Shown here one piece after another: positions 58,896-64,000 of a DNA stretch of 64,000 nt. The stretch spans positions 682,001 through 746,000 of the forward strand of contig BQFW01000001.1 in NCBI GenBank assembly GCA_020891255.1, given 5' to 3'. Each line of letters begins with the position of its first letter. Within the stretch, counting starts at the first letter, position 1. A program made the translations under genes and the position numbers. The DNA comes from Entomortierella parvispora E1425 (Eukaryota > Fungi > Mortierellomycota). Under the pieces are notes generated by a model, which was not told the DNA's origin, searched no databases, and saw nothing but the letters and a program-made list of their open reading frames with translations.

Positions 58896-60224
58896 ATGGC
58901 ACAGACACATCCTCTCGAGTTACATGAGATTCGATCCAGAATTGCCTGTGGCCTTCAGCCCAAAGATCTTGCGTCCTGCGCGCGTGTGAGTCGTGACTGG
59001 AATGGCTCATTCACACCACCACTCTACAAGAGTGTCTCCATGATGGATAACGGACCTTCCATGGAAGCTGTCATGCAAAATAAGCGCTTGATACAACGAC
59101 TCCACATCAATAGTCCTCTCCTTTCAACCCTATCAACATCCGCACGAGTTGAATTCATTTCCAGCATCATGACCGGCTCAGTTCTCACTACTCTAGACCT
59201 GACAAGCACTCCGATAAGAGAAATTGAGGCCAGGGCACTAGCTCTGGCTATCGAGACCAATTCTACTCTGACTACCTTGAAGTTGAAACGTTGTTCGATT
59301 TCAGCGACAGGCGCACAGATGCTGGCAAAAGCACTCGAGATCAACGCAACTTTGACCTTTTTATCTTTGGATATGAACGATGTCAGAGAAAACGGAGCTT
59401 TAGCGTTGGCCGAGGCACTCAGGATTAACTCGACTCTTTCCACTTTGAATTTGTGGGGCAACAAAATTGAGGACCAAGGGGTTCAAGCGCTGGTCAGTGC
59501 ACTCAAGATAAATTCAGCTTTGTCCAGCCTGGGGCTGTGCGGCAATTTTATCGAGGATCAAGGAGCTCAGGAGCTGGCCGAGTTGCTCAAGACCAACTCG
59601 ACCCTTACCACGTTGGACTTGACATCCAATTGTATCGAGTGGTCTGGGGCTCAGGCACTAGCAGAGCCACTCAAGACGAATTCAGCTCTAACCACCCTGG
59701 AGTTGAGATGCAACGATATCGGGGATCGAGGAGCTCTGGCGCTGGCGGAGGCACTCAAGATCAACACGACTCTGACTGACCTAGACTTGGACCTGGGAGG
59801 CAACTCAATTGGACAAGATGGAGCCAAGATGTTGGCTGAGGCACTCAAATCGAATTCGGTTCTGAATAGTTTGGACTTGAGTGATAACTCAATTGGATGT
59901 AATGGAGCTGAAGTCCTGGCTCAGGCATTGAAGTTCAATTTGTCTCTAACCTGTCTTCATTTGGGATCCAACGGTATTGGAGACGATGGAGCGCAGGCAC
60001 TAGCAGAGGCACTCAAGACGAACTCTGTTCTGACCACTTTAGAATTGTGGTCCAATATGATTGGGGCCAATGGGGCTGTGGCTCTAGCTATGTCACTCAA
60101 GATCAACTCGACTTTGTCAATCTTGAACTTGATGGACAACCCTATCGAACACAATGGAACGCTCGCACTGAATGAGGTACTCAAGACCAACCCGACCGTT
60201 TCCATATCATACCATGCTAGCTAG
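58896..60224 (+). CDS. F-box-like N-terminus plus 12 RNI-like (28-aa) leucine-rich repeats
   Basis: HPLELHEIRSRIACGLQPKDLASCARVSRDWNGSFTPPLYKSV, followed by repeats such as NSTLTTLDLTSNCIEWSGAQALAEPLKT. Intronless. Confidence 0.9.
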   Translation: MAQTHPLELHEIRSRIACGLQPKDLASCARVSRDWNGSFTPPLYKSVSMMDNGPSMEAVMQNKRLIQRLHINSPLLSTLSTSARVEFISSIMTGSVLTTLDLTSTPIREIEARALALAIETNSTLTTLKLKRCSISATGAQMLAKALEINATLTFLSLDMNDVRENGALALAEALRINSTLSTLNLWGNKIEDQGVQALVSALKINSALSSLGLCGNFIEDQGAQELAELLKTNSTLTTLDLTSNCIEWSGAQALAEPLKTNSALTTLELRCNDIGDRGALALAEALKINTTLTDLDLDLGGNSIGQDGAKMLAEALKSNSVLNSLDLSDNSIGCNGAEVLAQALKFNLSLTCLHLGSNGIGDDGAQALAEALKTNSVLTTLELWSNMIGANGAVALAMSLKINSTLSILNLMDNPIEHNGTLALNEVLKTNPTVSISYHAS

Positions 60225-60662
60225 ATAGGACCCTCTTAAGCAAGTTGACAATAGAGGTTATAATTTGATCAAGTCTTCCAAACACCAAACCAACTTTGCC
60301 TGAACAACCGTAGTCTCTATTGTCACAGCACCATTGCTGCAAAGGTTCGATTGTTTCTTTATTTGAATATATTACACCATTCTTATCGACACACTAGCTG
60401 GTATTCTTAGACAGCAGCACTTTAGTCTAGAAATACAGAGTACAGTACATTCAGCATGTACACAAGCAGGAGGCCTTTCTTTCTAGTAGGTCCGATTTTT
60501 TTTTTTTTGCGTTGCATTCAAAGAAAGAAAAGCCATTGCCCGTTGCTTCGTTACCTGGTAGTTGCCATAGTAGATTCTATAGTCGCCGTTGATGTGAAGC
60601 TGAGCCAGGACAGCTTGAATGATGACAAGCAGAGCAACAAGCCGAAGAATGGCTCGATGCAT
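60217..60662 (-). pseudogene. Small secreted-protein gene, truncated or frameshifted in exon 2
   Basis: Exon 1 (60662-60555) encodes MHRAILRLVALLVIIQAVLAQLHINGDYRIYYGNYQ, a signal peptide. Intron 60554-60427 (GTAACG..TTCTAG). Exon 2 stops after TKSAAV, but a shifted frame continues LRIPASVDKNGVIYSNKETIEPLQQW. Confidence 0.5.
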
Positions 60663-61189
60663 GGTTTGAATGAGGTTTCTTGGTTTCTTTTACAAGTATG
60701 TGAGATGGGAGAAGAGGGTAAGTTTGGGGATGAAAGAGACAGACCAGAGAGGTGGGGAACGATGGTTTAAATAATAGTGATCCACATCATTTCGATACTT
60801 GCATCCGGATCAGATGGGGCGTTGACGCCGACCTCTTGCAAGGAACGTGCGCTTCTTTTTCTTTTTTTCCACCGTGGTGCATCCCCGGTAAACTGTCACA
60901 TCATCTCTCCTTGTTTTCTCACTCTGATTTCTTTCACACACGGATCTTTGAGTTCAAAAAAAAAAAAAAAAAAAAACATGAAGATCCCGGCTTACAAGAA
61001 CACCGCAAAATCACTCAAACGTTGGGCAAGATTGTCACTGCGCTGAATTCCCTCTTCCCTTTGCTCCCACTCGTTGTCTTTGTGCTTCTCACACTCGTCG
61101 TTGTCCTCGTCCACATTGTTTCTTGTCCTGTCCTTTCCTCGCCCTCCCCCTTGTCTTTGTCTTTGTCCCCGTTATTGACGCTGAAGGGG

Positions 61190-61519
61190 ACCCTCTTCAT
61201 CCGAGGCAGTATCTCCATCCTCCTCAGCAGCATTTGACTGTATGGCCCAGTCCAGAAATCGGTCGCGTGTGGGTTCTGGTGCCTAGATATCTGTGGGGTC
61301 ATGTTAGGTTTCCTCCTGGGCTTGTTTTCTATCTTCAATATATCAGGCAAAGATGGAAGCGGACAGCTCTCGCCGTGGGGTCAGATTGAATCCATCCCGA
61401 AACTAGACTTGGGACTCTTCCATGGTTGGGCCTTGTGTGTCTTCTTGAGGGATCGGGGATCTGTAGTACCAGCGGCGCGATTACTGGGGTCGACTGGCCA
61501 GGCCATGAGGTGTCCTTGA
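61190..61519 (+). pseudogene. 4-TM family paralog C, pseudogene
   Basis: TLFIRGSISILLSSI*LYGPVQKSV has a TGA at 61235 where A has CGA and B has AAG. LDLGLFHGWALCVFLRD is followed by a 7-nt duplication frameshift, then DL*YQRRDYWGRL in the shifted frame. No intact 5' exon was found. Confidence 0.8.
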
Positions 61520-61780
61520 TTTTGCTAGAAATATCAGATTTGGTACATCCTTGTGCAATAAAACACTGCTGTGCCCTTTTGTCGATCTACCTTGCAGATC
61601 TATACTTTGCTTTAACACCTTCATAATCTTAAGCTTGACGCGTCGAGAGCGCTAAAGCTCTGCAGCCTTTACCAGCAAGGACACATGGCTAAGGACTATG
61701 GTTATCAAGGAACATGCTCGAAGGCGAAACAAGGTTCAAGCCGATGTAAGTATATTTGCTAGATGACCAAAGACGCCCCT

Positions 61781-64000
61781 CTACTCTTCTATAACACTCT
61801 TCTTTGCATCCCCGAGAGAGCTGGTCGAAGCCTGGCTCTGCTCTCTGAACTTTGAGATCTTGCTCTTGCTCTTGCTCGAGAACGCCGCGATGGCACTCAT
61901 AGCCGTCGGTGTCAGCAAAGTTGATGAGGGTGATGATGAATGGCTGGACACCAGAGTAGTGCTGCTCCCACCCCAACCTTGATCTGTAGAGGAAGCTGCG
62001 GCCGCCAGAGGAAGGTCGCCTCTCTTCATCTTGGACGACGTGAAGGCCGAAATGACTGATTCCGCCAATTTCGTCTCTGCCCCTGCTTGCTGATTTTGTG
62101 TTTTGTTTTTCATGCTCGCGCCGATTAATCGCTCGGCTGCCTGTCGCAATGTGATGGTGGGAGCGGGTTCGCCTTTTGCGCCACGCTGTTTCAAGAGTCG
62201 AGCGTTACCGGCGCCTAGGTCAGTGACGCCCTCGATGCAGGTGTCGTTGGCCACTAACTTTCCATAAGCCGAGGTCCAAACCAATACAACCCTTCGCAAG
62301 GGTTCCTGCTTCTTGTCCTTCTCAAAGGTTCCTGAACGCGTTTCCTGACTCGAGGTGAGTGTTGAATCCACAGCTGGAGTTGGTTCTGGATTTTCAAGGA
62401 CACGCCAGGTGCTGACACTCATATCCTCACATCCCAAGCTAAAGCTGGTGCCCTCAAAAGTCGGATCCACATCCAGGCACGTCACTCGACCTGGCAATTT
62501 GTCCAGTACCGCCAGCGCCTGACCTGTTCGACTGCACCATACACGTGCAGAACTCTTCGCCATGTCACCGCCCGCTGAAATAATCCTTTCTCCATCAGGC
62601 GTAAAGGCAACACCGGTAACACTTCCACTATCGCCACACACGGAAAACCTCTGTTTGCCTGTTTCAACGTCCCAGACTTGGATATTCTGTCTAGAAACGT
62701 TGGATGCGATTTGTTTCCCATCAGGCGAGAACACAACAGACACCGTGCCATAATGCGTCGCCATTGTCGTCACAGCCTGTCCAGTCTTGGGATCCCACAG
62801 TCGGCATGTCTTGTCCTCGCCAGCTGATGCCAACAGTCGTCCATCGGGGGAATAGACGACACTCATAGCTCTATCGGTATGCCCCTTCAATATGAATTGA
62901 CATTCGCCAGTGCGTGGGTCCCAGAGTCGGATTGTATGATCGTTTGATGAGGATGCGATTTGATTCCCTGATGGTGAAAAGACGACACTTCTTAACGCGT
63001 CCACGTCGTTCAAGATCCGAACCAGCGTACCACGGTGTCGGTCCCACAAACGAAGCGTCCTGTCATAACTAGCCGAGACGACCAGATTGCCATCGGGTGA
63101 ATAGGCAACGTCCACGACCGCTTTTGTGTGGCCCTCCAAAACAAACTTGCACCGGCCAGCTGCAAGGTCATGCAATCGCACAGTTCCATCGTCACCGCAA
63201 GTGGCTGCCTCAAATCCAGTAGGGGCATGAGCCCAGCGGTGTATCTTCTCCCTGTGTCCAGTTTTGACTTCAATGGACTCACCAGTCATCTTATCCCATA
63301 GTCTAATACTCGAATCGGGACTCACAGAACCCACCATTTGACTTCCTGAAAGATATGACAAATGTAGAGGCGGTTGGGTATGGCCATCTCGGGCAGGAGC
63401 CGACTTTGCACTTCGGGCGTCCCAAAGGCGAATGGCCTTGTCTCGACCTGAAGATGCCAGCTGGAGACCGTTGGGGTGATATGCGATTCCATGAACAGCG
63501 ACATTGTGACCTTGAAGGGTTGCGATGTTGACACCAGTCTGTGCGTCCCACTGTCGCACAGTAAAGTCCCAACTGCTTGTGGCGACTTGGAGAGAGTCGG
63601 GTGAGAAGGCGATGGCGCGGACTACCTTAAAGTGTCCCTTCAAAATTGGCCCCGGTGCTCCTGTTTCCGCATCCCAAAGTCGCGCTGTCATGTCCTTGCT
63701 GGTGGTGGCGATCTGAAGTCCATTGGGTGAATATTCTATGGACGTAATGTCGGCTGTGTGTCCTTCCAAGGTGTAGAGGCACCGGCCACTGGCCACATCC
63801 CATATTCTTGCGGTACCATCCATACTTGCAGACGCAACCCGATCACCGGACCGAGAGAACTTGGTCATGACCACACTTTCAGTATGGCCACTGAGAACAT
63901 ATACACATTCTCCTGTCCTAGTGTCCCAAAGGCGTACGTTTTTGTCGTCGCAAGAGGATACTAGCAATTTTCCATCGGGCGAGAAGGCGACATGGGAAAC
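61781..64000 (-). CDS. WD40-repeat C-terminal part of a probable second NACHT-WD40 NLR-like protein; 5' part outside the window
   Basis: >728-aa open frame of GH..WD repeats. Its C-terminal cap LVWTSAYGKLVANDTCIEGVTDLGAGNARLLKQRGAKGEP matches LLWTSANKKLNVEGMSIEGVKGLSSTNARLLEQNDARGKP of the 2383-8326 gene. Confidence 0.88.
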   Translation of the reverse strand, partial: VSHVAFSPDGKLLVSSCDDKNVRLWDTRTGECVYVLSGHTESVVMTKFSRSGDRVASASMDGTARIWDVASGRCLYTLEGHTADITSIEYSPNGLQIATTSKDMTARLWDAETGAPGPILKGHFKVVRAIAFSPDSLQVATSSWDFTVRQWDAQTGVNIATLQGHNVAVHGIAYHPNGLQLASSGRDKAIRLWDARSAKSAPARDGHTQPPLHLSYLSGSQMVGSVSPDSSIRLWDKMTGESIEVKTGHREKIHRWAHAPTGFEAATCGDDGTVRLHDLAAGRCKFVLEGHTKAVVDVAYSPDGNLVVSASYDRTLRLWDRHRGTLVRILNDVDALRSVVFSPSGNQIASSSNDHTIRLWDPRTGECQFILKGHTDRAMSVVYSPDGRLLASAGEDKTCRLWDPKTGQAVTTMATHYGTVSVVFSPDGKQIASNVSRQNIQVWDVETGKQRFSVCGDSGSVTGVAFTPDGERIISAGGDMAKSSARVWCSRTGQALAVLDKLPGRVTCLDVDPTFEGTSFSLGCEDMSVSTWRVLENPEPTPAVDSTLTSSQETRSGTFEKDKKQEPLRRVVLVWTSAYGKLVANDTCIEGVTDLGAGNARLLKQRGAKGEPAPTITLRQAAERLIGASMKNKTQNQQAGAETKLAESVISAFTSSKMKRGDLPLAAAASSTDQGWGGSSTTLVSSHSSSPSSTLLTPTAMSAIAAFSSKSKSKISKFREQSQASTSSLGDAKKSVIEE

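Noticed and set aside
1-64000. Bacterial endosymbiont (Mycoavidus-like) contig or recent horizontal insert
   Set aside because: Spliceosomal introns occur in both islands and the core, and there is no operon-like or intron-free bacterial block.

Overview
Intron-rich fungal genomic DNA. It has GT-AG introns, CT-rich promoters and many long poly-A/T tracts, and its gene families point to Mortierellaceae (Mortierella-like; inference). The centre (~12.8-54.2 kb) is a housekeeping block: JJJ1/DNAJC21, LEU5-type mitochondrial carrier, ERG6, a large S/P-rich single-pass membrane protein, a NIPA-type transporter, glutaredoxin, tRNA-Cys, a CBM48 protein, LST8, PPT1/PP5, RVS161, a DUF202 protein, an EngB-type GTPase and PPWD1. 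Two accessory, immunity-like islands flank it. The left island (1-12.7 kb) has a lineage-specific gene head-to-head with an ARM-NACHT-pentapeptide-WD40 NLR-like gene, followed by a ~30-unit Sel1-repeat gene. The last ~19 Sel1 units are near-identical 108-nt repeats that vary at a few fixed positions, and the gene is bracketed by the JJJ1 3' end and a decayed direct copy of it. The right island (54.7-64 kb) has three copies of an unrecognised 4-TM family (one pseudogenised), an F-box/RNI-LRR gene, a frameshifted secreted-protein gene and the WD40 end of a second NLR-like gene. Smaller items include a MITE-like foldback, a 169-nt tandem duplication in a coding relic, palindromic tandem motifs and a probable GC-AG intron. 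Gene models were derived by hand from splice signals and frame continuity, and no database searches were run.
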